A stretch of 63,998 nucleotides of DNA, counting the filler, from an uncultured bacterium (GTDB taxonomy: Bacteria > Auribacterota > CAZIXI01), in NCBI GenBank assembly GCA_964543115.1. It is 4 parts of 4 records of this genome, joined end to end, with 100 filler letters (N's around TTAATTAATTAA, not from the genome) between each part and the next. Parts side by side here need not be neighbours in the genome. Positions count along the whole stretch, not along the records: positions 19,120 to 38,056 come from CAZIXI010000041.1; positions 38,157 to 56,747 come from CAZIXI010000042.1; 2 more parts are not named here. One strand, given 5' to 3'. The position numbers and the translations under genes were made by a program. Shown piece after piece: positions 28,631-38,375 of this stretch (positions are counted from its first letter, which is position 1; each line of letters begins with the position of its first letter). Under the pieces are notes generated by a model. That model was not told the origin of the DNA and ran no database searches. It was given only the letters and a program-made list of their open reading frames with translations.

Positions 28631-30742
28631 CTACGCGGCTGCTTCTTCCTTTTTCTTTTCCACGGCTATTCTATCTGTCTCTTCCTTACCGATCTTAAAC
28701 TTACCGACAAGATCCCGCAGCTGCATGCCCATCTCCGCCAGTTCCTGGGCAGAGGCCGCCATCTGTTCCATGGAGGCGGTCATCTCTTCGGTGGAAGCGC
28801 TGGCCTCCTGGGTGGCGCTGGCTGTTTGCTCGGCTACAGAAGCAATATCAGCAATAGATTTACTCACCTGCTTTGTCCCGGCCGCCTGCTGCTGGCTGGC
28901 CGCGCTTACCTGTTCAATGACCGTAGCCACACTCTCGGCATTCCTGATTATATCCACTAAACTCTGCCCCTTACCGGCAATATCCTTTACCGCGGTAGAT
29001 TCTTTTGAAGCGCCTTCTATATTTGATACTGCCTGTGTTGTTTCTTTCTGGACGTCCTTAATTAATTTACCTATTTCTTCCGCTGCCTTGGCGCTCCCCT
29101 CGGCCAGTTTGCGCACCTCTTCGGCCACTACCGCAAATCCGCGTCCGTATTCACCCGCCCGGGCCGCTTCAATTGCCGCGTTCAGCGCCAAAAGATTAGT
29201 CTGGTCGGCGATATTGGTGATTACGCTGACTATTTCACCTATCTGATCACTGCGTTCCCCGAGTTTCTTTACTCCGACAGTAGAACTGGTAACCACCTCT
29301 GATATCTGCACCATCTTTCCCTGCGCCTCACTTGCTGACTGACCACCGCGTTGTGCTGTTTCCGTCGCCGTCGTTGCCTGGTTAGCCGCGTCCTGGGCGC
29401 TTTTAGTAACCTGCAGCACTGAAGCATTCATCTGCTCCATTACCTTTTTTGTTTCTTCAACACGCTGGGCCTGGGTTTCCGTGCCTTTAGCGATCTGCTG
29501 GACCGTAGAAGAAACCTCTTCCGTAGTGGCATTCATCTCCTGGGCGCTGGAAGATAATTGCTGGCTAGAGGCGGACACCCGTTCGGCTGTGCTTAAGACC
29601 TGTGAAATAATTTGTTTTAAGCTGTTAACCATGGACTTTACGGCGCCTGCGAGCTGCCCTATTTCATCTTTCGTCTTTACCTCAACAGCGGCAGTCAAAT
29701 CACCTTTAGCAACTGTTTCCGCCACTGAGACCAATGACCTTAAAGGATTACTAATCGCCCGACTGACCCCGAAACCAATAACAGTACCTAATATTATTCC
29801 AAAAATACTAAATATAATAAGCGCTCTCCTGCTGGCAGTTACTGTCTTATTGGCCTCTTCTCCCAGATTTTCCATTATAAGGTCATTATCCGCTTCAAGT
29901 TTAGTCAGCGCGTCACTTACCACATTAATATCAGTCTCTATCCTGTGCATAAACTCCTGCTGGGTGTCGTGGATGGCAAAGGCCTTTTTTTCATCCGCAT
30001 CCAACTTTTCATCAGCCTCCCTGATAGCGGTTATCTCCGCCTGGTCAATCAATCCATGCTTTCCTAAGTTATCAAATTCTTCTAGCATCATATCTTCTGC
30101 TGCCTTAAAATCCTTTTTGCACTCTACTGGATCTTCTCCCAGAAGATAACCATGAACTGCCACTTGCTTTTGGAGAAAGGCAATCTTTGCTTCCATAGCG
30201 GCATCTGCCGTTTCCCAGGCATTTTTAATGTTTGCTGGATCGCCGCTGCTTATTGCCTTATCCATTTCCGCAAGTACCTCTGCTTCAAGTTTACTCAACT
30301 TCTCACTGACATCATTAACATGGCTCTCCATTTTCTCCATGATAACTTTTTGCTTATCAGAAAGCTTTATAGTCTTTTTTTCGTCCTCATCGAGCCTTTC
30401 ATCTGCTGCCATTACAGCGGAGATATCTGTTTTACTGGCCAAACCAAACTTCTCCAGATTTTTAAACTCTTCCTCCATTTTGCCTTCTGCTGCCTCAATG
30501 TCCTTTTTACACTCTACCGGATCTTCACCCAGAAGATAACCATGGACTGCCAGGCTTTTTTCCAGAAAGGCAATTTTTGTCTCCATCGTAGCATCCGCGG
30601 TCTCCCAACCCGCTCCGGTAACCTGATTCATAGCCTTGTTGATACTGACCATACCCCTATTGCCTATCAGGGCTATAATCAAAGCTATCCCAATTAACAC
30701 GGCAAACCCAAATCCCAACTTCTTACCTATGGTCACCTGCAT
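28631..30742 (-). CDS. Methyl-accepting chemotaxis protein with internally duplicated sensor domain
   Basis: Two TM helices, HAMP (GDLT...DEIGQL), [38 protein letters not shown]. Confidence 0.96.
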   Translation of the reverse strand: MQVTIGKKLGFGFAVLIGIALIIALIGNRGMVSINKAMNQVTGAGWETADATMETKIAFLEKSLAVHGYLLGEDPVECKKDIEAAEGKMEEEFKNLEKFGLASKTDISAVMAADERLDEDEKKTIKLSDKQKVIMEKMESHVNDVSEKLSKLEAEVLAEMDKAISSGDPANIKNAWETADAAMEAKIAFLQKQVAVHGYLLGEDPVECKKDFKAAEDMMLEEFDNLGKHGLIDQAEITAIREADEKLDADEKKAFAIHDTQQEFMHRIETDINVVSDALTKLEADNDLIMENLGEEANKTVTASRRALIIFSIFGIILGTVIGFGVSRAISNPLRSLVSVAETVAKGDLTAAVEVKTKDEIGQLAGAVKSMVNSLKQIISQVLSTAERVSASSQQLSSSAQEMNATTEEVSSTVQQIAKGTETQAQRVEETKKVMEQMNASVLQVTKSAQDAANQATTATETAQRGGQSASEAQGKMVQISEVVTSSTVGVKKLGERSDQIGEIVSVITNIADQTNLLALNAAIEAARAGEYGRGFAVVAEEVRKLAEGSAKAAEEIGKLIKDVQKETTQAVSNIEGASKESTAVKDIAGKGQSLVDIIRNAESVATVIEQVSAASQQQAAGTKQVSKSIADIASVAEQTASATQEASASTEEMTASMEQMAASAQELAEMGMQLRDLVGKFKIGKEETDRIAVEKKKEEAAA

Positions 30743-30746
30743 AACC

Positions 30747-33517
30747 TCACCTCCCCCCCTCTATAGGGTGGTATGGCACCGGTTTTACCTGACTGGCAGT
30801 ATTTCCCTTTGCTAATTCGTGTTCCTTTAATTGTAACCGGGATTTCTCTGCCTCTTCACTAGCCGGTGCAATTTCTATTATCTTTCTCCATTCCCTCACC
30901 GCTTCATCATTCATTTCCAATTGATGAGCACTCATTGCCTTAAAGTATCTGGCCTGTACAAAACCAGGGTCTATCTCAATACAGTCGCCGAATTCTTCTA
31001 TCGCCATAAGATATTTGCCGCGGTAAAAATAGGCCACGGCCATCTTGAAATGAAGCTCCAATACACCTCCTTTTAACATTTCAAAATTATACAGGGGCGG
31101 AAAACCACAACCCGCACCTTCTTTCATAGTATTAATAACTTCCACCTCTACCTCACTATAAAGATCTTTAGGGGCATTGAACTCTATTATCGGCTGGTTG
31201 TCCGTATTAACAGCGTGATAGGCAAGTCTACGATAAAGCTCATTTCCTCCCATTAAATAACAGCTTAATATATCAAAAGGACCGTTTATATTAATATATG
31301 CCATATCCTCCCTTATAGTTACATCATGGAACCTTTCATTTAACAACTTAAAATCTATGGTAAAGTCTTCTTTAGAGCCAACCATCAAAATATCGGCCAT
31401 CGGTTCCCTGCCCATCGTCGGAGACCATACGGTTACATTAGGAAACACCGATAAAAATGTATTTATTTCAGTTTTTACATCTTCAGGAGACATATGATAT
31501 ACCTGAAACCATTGGCAGATAAGCCCGCCCTTGTTTAGCTTTTCCGCGCATAATTTATAAAACTCCTGAGTAAAGAGGTTAGAAACGCCTGATATCCAGG
31601 GATTGGAAGGTTCTGAGATAATAACGTCATATTTTTTATCTGTGGCCATTACAAAATTCCTGCCGTCCACAATATGGAGGTTTACCCGGGGATCCGCCAG
31701 GGCATTATGATTTGCCTCGTTAAAAAAACTTGAGGCCTCCACCACCTCAGGCGATATCTCCGCGCAATCTACCTCTGTTAATGGGTACTTCAGCGCCGAA
31801 CCTAAAGATGTGCCGCTGGCCAAACCAATTACCAGCGCCGTCTTGGGATTTTTATGAAACAGAAGCGGTAAGTGAGCCACCAGATGCTGAGTCATCATAT
31901 CAGGCGAGGTAGAGGCATCGGTCTTACCGCTTATCCGCATAAACAGGTATTTCCCTTTATAAACGGAAACCGTGGCGTAGACGCCTTCCTTGTAAAAAAG
32001 CAGTTCCTTATCATGCATATGCATTACTTCCAGGGGATTACGGGCCAGCGGATCATTGAGCAGGTTCTGGGCATAGACATAAACGCCGCTGTCCATTACC
32101 CCCCGGTCCCAGGCAGGCATAGTTAAGGCGAGGGGAAAAATAACCAGTCCGGTCAACGGAATCGAGGCCCATCTCAGTTTTAACCTGAGATTTTTGTTTA
32201 TTCCCACCATTACCAATCCCACAATAACATTTATGAAGCAAACAGCCACAATGGTCTTCTGTATTCCCAACCAGGGAATAAATATAAACCCGGCCGCGAA
32301 CGAACCGCCGATAGCGCCCAGGGTATTTACCGCGTAGACATTGCCGATACTGCGTCCCAATTTTTCCATCCGCCGGGTATAGATCTTACTTACAATCGGA
32401 AACGTCGCGCCAAAAAGGATTGTCGGGATAATCATCACCAGCGCTGAAATAAAGAATTGCATAAACACGATTCCGCTCCAGGCGCCGCCGAACAACTGAA
32501 ACATCTTCAGAAACACAAACGGTAATTTTCCAAGCAGAGGGGTAAGCAAGATAACAGAGATACCGATGGCCACCTCAACAACGGCAAATAACATTAACAG
32601 ATCCTTCCGTTTATCAATAATCCGGGCAAACAGATAACTCCCTAAGGCTATGCCAAAGAGGAACGTTGTCAGCATTGTGGAAAAGGCATAAACAGAAGTA
32701 CCCAGAACCATCACCAGCACCCTGGACCAGAGAACCTCAAAGCTCCATCCGGTAAAACCCGAAAACGCGAAAGCGATCAGAACCACTGTTAAAATCAGCC
32801 GCCCATCCCTCATCCCTCGTCCTTCGCCCCTCGTCCTTCGCCCCTCGTCCTTCGTCTCTCGTCTTTTCTGGCCCGATTGATTAATAGGTAGATTTTTGTT
32901 AAAGATTAATGCGGTTACTCCTACTCCAATACTGGCAATAGCCGCGGAGACAATTGTTGCCTTAACGCCAATTCCGGGAATAAGCAAAAACCGCCGGTTA
33001 AAAAACCGCAGAAAAAGCGTACCCGGCCAATCTCCCAGCCCAATTCCTCCCGCCAGCGTACAAAAAACTTACTGATTACCGGAAAAGTGGCCCCCATCAA
33101 GGTTGTCGGAATAACTAATACCACAAAAGCCAAAATAAACCTTATCAGGCCAAAAGTATAACTGGAGGGAGAGACTAATTGATAAATTCCAATATAGCCT
33201 TGTGTCAGCACCTTAAATAATAGAGGTATTAGGAGACAATAAATCCCTATTCCTATCTGTAATCTGCCATAGACGGCTAAAGGATCTTTTCTTTTATCAA
33301 TAACCCTGCCGAACCAGAAACTCCCCAGGCCCAGACCGGCCATAAAAGAGGTTAACACCGTGCTTACCGCATAAACCGTGGTACCAAAAATAAGCCCCAG
33401 CATCCGCACCCAAACCACTTCATAAACCAACCCGCTTACGCCGGAAAGAAAAAACAACAGCAGCACCACACTTCTCGTTTTCTTCACATATCCTTCCTGA
33501 ATAAACTCTCTATTCAT
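30747..33517 (-). pseudogene. Fused MFS/spermidine-synthase-like protein with C-terminal TPR, split by a frameshift near 32985
   Basis: Two overlapping ORFs (32921-33517, 30747-32987) form one family member: SGLVYEVVW, second copy GWSFEVLW, VIGLASG, DGRNFV, IISEPSNPW; real lesion versus sequence error cannot be resolved. Confidence 0.8.
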
Positions 33518-33595
33518 TATCTATTCTCCTGATCTTCTTACTTTAAGACGCCTCGCTAGTTTCCCGTAGCTTCGCTGCCTGAGACAACTTTTCTC

Positions 33596-33739
33596 TTACT
33601 TGACCCTTGACCCTTGACCCTTGACCCTATAGTTCACCTTTAATGGAAGATCCAACCGCGCGGTCTTGCGCTTCTCTTCAAAATCATCGCTCCTGGTCAC
33701 CTGCCGCAGCACACTTGTTTGTTTTTTCCCCTTAGCCAT
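33596..33739 (-). pseudogene. PilZ-domain N-terminal remnant ending in a GGTCAAG array
   Basis: AAGGGGG SD, MAKGKKQTSVLRQVTRSDDFEEKRKTARLDLPLKVNYR (RxxxR switch motif) then VKGQGSRVK-stop encoded by the repeat. Confidence 0.6.
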
Positions 33740-33806
33740 AATAACCCCCTTGTTAGTATTTCGTCATTCGTACATCGTACTTCGTATTCTGTGCTAATAC
33801 CCGGCT

Positions 33807-34637
33807 TTAGCGTTTAACGTAAATTCTTGCCTTCCGGTCATACTCAATAAACTTTTCCTTCCATTCGCCCCATAATGATTCCACGCCGCCCATGACATAA
33901 AAACCGCCGCTGTTCAGACTGCCCCAGAACCGTTTGATAATCTGTTCCTGCAGGCTGCGGCCGAGATAGATAAAAAGGTTGCGGCACAATATTATGTCCA
34001 TATGATCCAGCGGGATATCAGCAATCACGTCATGGTACTGAAAATTCATATAGGCCGGCCATTCCTCCCGGATCCAGTAGCGTTTATTGCCGACATCATA
34101 GAAGTATTTCTCAATTAATGCCCTTCTGGCCACAGATAATCTCTTGAACTGGGTCTCCTCATAAACTCCTTCCCGGGCCTTGGCCAGGGCCTGGCCGTCA
34201 ATATCAGTCGCGTAAATACTTAATTTATAATCGGCCAGTTTCGATTTCAAATATTCCGTAATCAGCATTAATATTGAATAGGGCTCCTCACCGGAAGAAC
34301 AGGCACAGCTCCAGATCCTGACGATGTTAGAGTTCAGCCTTCTCTTCTTCGCGAAAAGATCCGGGATCACCTTTTCTTCAATAACATCGAATACGTATGA
34401 ATCACGGAAAAATTCCGTCACGTTTATGGTCAGGGCATCCATTAAATAATCAAGTTCCCGGGAATGGATCCTCAGATAGGCATAATACTGTTCAAAGTTG
34501 TCCCGCTTAGTTATCCGCACCCGGGTCATCACCCGCCGCGCCAGCACCTTCTCCCGGTACTGGGAAAAGTCCAGGTTACGCTCTTCCTTAACCTTTTCAA
34601 GTATCTTCAATAAATAGGTATCTGTTTTCGTTTCCAT
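33807..34637 (-). CDS. cheR: Chemotaxis methyltransferase CheR
   Basis: LTINVTEFFRD, RIWSCACSSGEEPYS, ATDID, DIILCRNLFIY. Confidence 0.96.
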   Translation of the reverse strand: METKTDTYLLKILEKVKEERNLDFSQYREKVLARRVMTRVRITKRDNFEQYYAYLRIHSRELDYLMDALTINVTEFFRDSYVFDVIEEKVIPDLFAKKRRLNSNIVRIWSCACSSGEEPYSILMLITEYLKSKLADYKLSIYATDIDGQALAKAREGVYEETQFKRLSVARRALIEKYFYDVGNKRYWIREEWPAYMNFQYHDVIADIPLDHMDIILCRNLFIYLGRSLQEQIIKRFWGSLNSGGFYVMGGVESLWGEWKEKFIEYDRKARIYVKR

Positions 34638-34643
34638 AATTAT

Positions 34644-34723
34644 TAGTCGCTAGTCGCTAGTTGCTAGTCGCTAACAACTTATCTTTTTTTTACTAGCGAC
34701 TAGCGACTAGCGACCAGCGACTA
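34644..34723. repeat. Inverted heptamer arrays without cargo (comFB-cheR junction)
   Basis: (TAGTCGC)x4 at 34644-34673, spacer with T run, (TAGCGAC)x4 at 34692-34723. Confidence 0.9.
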
Positions 34724-34724
34724 T

Positions 34725-34988
34725 TTAATGTCTCGGTTTCCCCCGCACCACCTTGGCCGCTTCCAGTAACCTCACAAGAATATCCGCCCGCGTCTGGGTC
34801 TTTAGCTGGTTCATTTTGGTATAGATGTGCCCTAAACTGGTAACTACATACTTTGCCGGCAAGCGGTTAAGGGACCAGGCCACCATATCCTGCCGGCAAA
34901 CCTCACATTTACAAACATTATCCAACTGGTCAATAACGCCATTAAGCTCATCAACAACCGCTTCTTCCATGTAGTTTTTATAAGCCAT
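34725..34988 (-). CDS. ComFB-family protein
   Basis: NYMEEAV, CKCEVCRQDMVAWSLNRLPAKY, KPRH; start at MAYKNY with GGAGG SD. Confidence 0.88.
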   Translation of the reverse strand: MAYKNYMEEAVVDELNGVIDQLDNVCKCEVCRQDMVAWSLNRLPAKYVVTSLGHIYTKMNQLKTQTRADILVRLLEAAKVVRGKPRH

Positions 34989-35030
34989 GTAACCTCCTGT
35001 TAGTTCGGAGTTCGGAGAATTTTTTTCCAA

Positions 35031-35058
35031 CTTCGATCGGAGATCGCTCCGATCGAAG
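35031..35058. repeat. Perfect 12-bp hairpin between merR-like and comFB genes
   Basis: CTTCGATCGGAG-ATCG-CTCCGATCGAAG. Confidence 0.85.
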
Positions 35059-35069
35059 ATCGCTCGGAA

Positions 35070-35321
35070 CTATTCATATGAGCGATTTAGCCTCTCCGCC
35101 GCGCCCTTAAGAGTATATCCTCCCTCTTCAACCAGCTTCTTCAGCTCCCGGGCAATATCAATATCGTTCTTGGAATACCGCCTTACCCGTTTGCCTCCAT
35201 TCCAGACATACTCCGGCACAATCACGCCCTTTTTCTCCCAATACCTGAGCCGTTCGGCAGATACCCCTATTCTCCTGGTTGCCTCTGTGATCCCAATACT
35301 CTTTAATTTACGCCAAGCCAT
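35070..35321 (-). CDS. Stand-alone MerR-type HTH regulator
   Basis: IGITEATRRIGVSAERLRYWEKKG, RRYSKNDI, GYTLKGA. Confidence 0.9.
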   Translation of the reverse strand: MAWRKLKSIGITEATRRIGVSAERLRYWEKKGVIVPEYVWNGGKRVRRYSKNDIDIARELKKLVEEGGYTLKGAAERLNRSYE

Positions 35322-35469
35322 ATTAACTCCTTGTGCTATAACAATATACTGCAACAATTTACTGTAAACTTTTGCTTTAACACTTTTAAGGTCGTGTCTT
35401 AAATTAAAACCCGCCTAACTTTCCTCTAGAAAGCCAGGTCGGGATGTCCAACAACTTCGCACTATACAG

Positions 35470-35485
35470 TGCAATTTATGTGCCA
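35470..35485 (-). promoter_or_regulatory. Sigma54 promoter heading the chemotaxis cluster
   Basis: TGGCACATAAATTGCA is a consensus match; TGTC-containing candidate enhancer sites near 35577-35620. Confidence 0.8.
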
Positions 35486-35649
35486 GCTTTAAAACAATCT
35501 TTCAGATAACTCAATCCATTGCTACACAAATAGATAAAAAATACTAGTTTGGTCTAGTTAGCAATATTTAGCAAGAATGTCGCAAAAATATACTTTTACA
35601 ATGTCCAGATTGGATACATCCTAATAATTTGACACTGGAGTTTCCTGTT

Positions 35650-36027
35650 TTAATCCTGTTTTATATTGAGAGCTTTGTTGATTACTTGATATAACTCTTC
35701 GTTAGAAATGGGTTTAGTGATAATACCATCAATGTTTTTGCGGAAAGATCTATCTATTGTAACAAAATCATCATGGTAGATTGAAAATAATATCACCGGC
35801 ACGTTGGTCTTGGCCTGCTTCAGTCCGGCTACCACTTCCTGCCCGCTAATTCCCGGCAGTTTAAAATCCGTAATCACCAGGTCAAACTTTTTTTCTTTAA
35901 CCAGTTCCAGGCCTTCCTCTCCCGTATAGGCGGTGGTTACCGTAAATTCTCTGCTGCTCTCCAGGTTCATTTTTAAAAGCTTACAGAGATTTTTTTCATC
36001 ATCAATAATCAGGATCTGTTTTTTCAC
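35650..36027 (-). CDS. Single-domain response regulator
   Basis: ILIIDDE, ITDFKLP, KPI. Confidence 0.9.
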   Translation of the reverse strand: MKKQILIIDDEKNLCKLLKMNLESSREFTVTTAYTGEEGLELVKEKKFDLVITDFKLPGISGQEVVAGLKQAKTNVPVILFSIYHDDFVTIDRSFRKNIDGIITKPISNEELYQVINKALNIKQD

Positions 36028-36062
36028 TCCTCTACCCCTCCTGCACTCTTCCTGCCGCCAGA

Positions 36063-36437
36063 TCAGCGTCTATACCTGATAAAAGATTCTACCGTATACA
36101 ATAATGACTCATGATTGAAAGGTTTTACCAGATAACCATTGGCCCCCAGATTCACCGCCTTTCTTGCCGTTTCCTCATCTTCATAACTAGTTAAAAATAC
36201 CAGCGGGATTTTTGTTGTCTGTTTATCTTGTTTCAAAACATTACATACCTCGAAACCGTCTTTTCCCGGCATTTTAATATCCAGAATAATCAGGTCCGGA
36301 AAAACCGCCCTGGCCTGCGCCACTCCCTCATCTCCGGTATAGGCAGTCACCACTTCATATTTTCCGGTACTTTCCAGATTCGATTTTACCAATTTACAGA
36401 GATCTTTCTCATCATCAATAATTAATACTGTATTCAT
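36063..36437 (-). CDS. Single-domain response regulator
   Basis: VLIIDDE, LDIKMP, FLTS, KPF. Confidence 0.92.
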   Translation of the reverse strand: MNTVLIIDDEKDLCKLVKSNLESTGKYEVVTAYTGDEGVAQARAVFPDLIILDIKMPGKDGFEVCNVLKQDKQTTKIPLVFLTSYEDEETARKAVNLGANGYLVKPFNHESLLYTVESFIRYRR

Positions 36438-36458
36438 AGTGAATTCTCCACTCTCTCT

Positions 36459-37844
36459 TCAGGATCCGGCCCTTAAACGTTTTATCGGTAAACTAATAGT
36501 GATCTTCGATCCTTTTCCCAAATCACTCTTCATATTTATTAGTCCCCGATGATTATCAATTATGGACCTGCTGATTGCCAGCCCCAGTCCAGTTCCCTCA
36601 CCGGGCGCCCTGGTGGTATAAAACGGATCAAATACCCGCTTCATATGTTCCGGCGATACCCCCGGGCCGTTATCTTCTATTTCACAAACAACCAGCTGAT
36701 CACCGATCTTAAAAAAATCCTCCGCCTTTCTACCAATTCCGTCCCTTAATTCCCGCAACTCTTTAGTATATGTCCGCAAGAATAAACTACCGCCAACCGG
36801 CAGGGCCTGGACGGCATTAATGATTAGATTTACCAGGACCTGTTCGATTTGGTTACTATCAACGCAGGCCTGCGGCAAACCGGCGGCCAGTTCCCTTTCT
36901 ACCCGGATTTCCTTTTCCCTCAGTTCTCTGGCTACCAGGTCCAGGGACACCTGGATAAGGTTATTAATATCGTGGGCAGTTAATTCCTGGGGATTTGTGC
37001 GGGAAAAATTCAGCACCCCGCGCACGATTTTATCCGCCCGGGCAGTTGCCTCCCTGATCATCTCGAGTACGGCGGCCTGATCGGTTTTCCCCGCCGCTAA
37101 CTCTCTTTCCAGACAATCTATTGCCTGGATAATGATCCCCAGCGGATTTTTTATTTCGTGGGCAATACCACTGGCCAGCACCCCCACCGCCGCCATCTTT
37201 TCTGACTGGACCAACAGTTCCTGCTTGGCCTTAAGTTCACTAAACAAACGGGCGTTTTCAATACAAACCGCTATCTGATTGGCAAGTGAGATCAATAATG
37301 ACAGGTCCTCATCCTTAAAACTGGCGCGGGGGCCCAGGGCATCCAGATACATTAGGCCGAGGGTTCTCTCCTTCACCTTGAGGGGAACACAGAGGGCGGA
37401 TTTAATCCCGTGACTGATAATACTTGCCTTGGCGCTGAATTTTTCACTCAGCCCGGTATCCCTGACGAAGAGGGCTGACTCCGTATTCATTACCTCGTCA
37501 AGCACACTACTGCTGATATCGCCAACAGTAAGTTCTTTCTGCCCTTTTCTGCTGCGTGTTATTCTGGGGATCAGTTTACCGGTATCGTGCTCTAATAACA
37601 TTATCAGTATCCGGTCGGCGCGCAAAACAGGCATAACCAGATTAACAACCTCTTCGAGTAAAACCGATAAATCGTTGATTAAGGTGAGATCCCTGCTGAC
37701 TTTATTAACAATGGAGAATTTTGAGTAGGCTCTACTGAGAGCACTGGCCTCAGGCTTTCTGCCCTCCGGCTCTTCCGCCTTGATGCTTTTTTTTAAGATT
37801 ACCTGTGAATCTTTTTCGGTTTTTTTAGCGGATCTTTTCCACAT
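36459..37844 (-). CDS. GAF-domain histidine kinase (NtrB-like)
   Basis: SALCVPL...LGLMYLD (GAF), SEKMAAVGVLASGIAHEIKNPL, DNGPG, GEGTGLGL. Confidence 0.93.
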   Translation of the reverse strand: MWKRSAKKTEKDSQVILKKSIKAEEPEGRKPEASALSRAYSKFSIVNKVSRDLTLINDLSVLLEEVVNLVMPVLRADRILIMLLEHDTGKLIPRITRSRKGQKELTVGDISSSVLDEVMNTESALFVRDTGLSEKFSAKASIISHGIKSALCVPLKVKERTLGLMYLDALGPRASFKDEDLSLLISLANQIAVCIENARLFSELKAKQELLVQSEKMAAVGVLASGIAHEIKNPLGIIIQAIDCLERELAAGKTDQAAVLEMIREATARADKIVRGVLNFSRTNPQELTAHDINNLIQVSLDLVARELREKEIRVERELAAGLPQACVDSNQIEQVLVNLIINAVQALPVGGSLFLRTYTKELRELRDGIGRKAEDFFKIGDQLVVCEIEDNGPGVSPEHMKRVFDPFYTTRAPGEGTGLGLAISRSIIDNHRGLINMKSDLGKGSKITISLPIKRLRAGS

Positions 37845-37907
37845 AATATCACCGAAATTATTGAATCTAATTAATCTTGAGTAAAAATCAATCTGGCCAA
37901 TCCCGGG

Positions 37908-38056
37908 GCAGTCCCAAGCTAAGCTTGGGGCAGTCTATATCCATTCCTCTAATAGCAGTCCCAAGCTAAGCTTGGGGCAGTCTATATCCATTCCTCTAAT
38001 AGCAGTCCCAAGCTAAGCTTGGGGCAGTCTATATCCATTCCTCTAATAGCAGTCCC
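37908..38056 (+). repeat. 47-bp tandem repeat, three identical copies plus a partial copy, running into the gap
   Basis: GCAGTCCCAAGCTAAGCTTGGGGCAGTCTATATCCATTCCTCTAATA at 37908, 37955, 38002; internal palindrome CCCAAGCT-A-AGCTTGGG. Confidence 0.95.
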
Positions 38057-38156
38057 NNNNNNNNNNNNNNNNNNNNNNNNNNNNNNNNNNNNNNNNNNNN
38101 TTAATTAATTAANNNNNNNNNNNNNNNNNNNNNNNNNNNNNNNNNNNNNNNNNNNN
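38057..38156. other. Assembly gap with artificial linker
   Basis: N runs around TTAATTAATTAA (38101-38112). Confidence 0.98.
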
Positions 38157-38375
38157 AATCCGGCTTTTTTTATTTGCAGAAAGCCGTAATTGGGGGAGTA
38201 TTCAGGGGGGGCCTGACTATTACCGTTTTTTAATAGAATAGATATCTTTTTATTAAGAAAGAAATCGGCTGAAATACTAATCCCTAAAAGGAGGTGAAAA
38301 GGGCAAACAACGGGATTAAGGCTGTGGTGTATAAATAAAAAACTTAAACTGTAGTTTAGTAGAGGAGGCTAATGT

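Noticed and set aside
28965..28985. One-residue deletion in the MCP methylation helix (IAGK-GQSL)
   Set aside because: Based only on a remembered consensus; it needs an alignment and could be a sequence error.
19120..37844. Prophage, integron or IS element explaining the repeats
   Set aside because: No integrase, transposase, phage structural gene or attC-like site was recognised in the window.
37908..38056. CRISPR array
   Set aside because: The 47-bp units are identical end to end with no unique spacers, and no cas genes are nearby.
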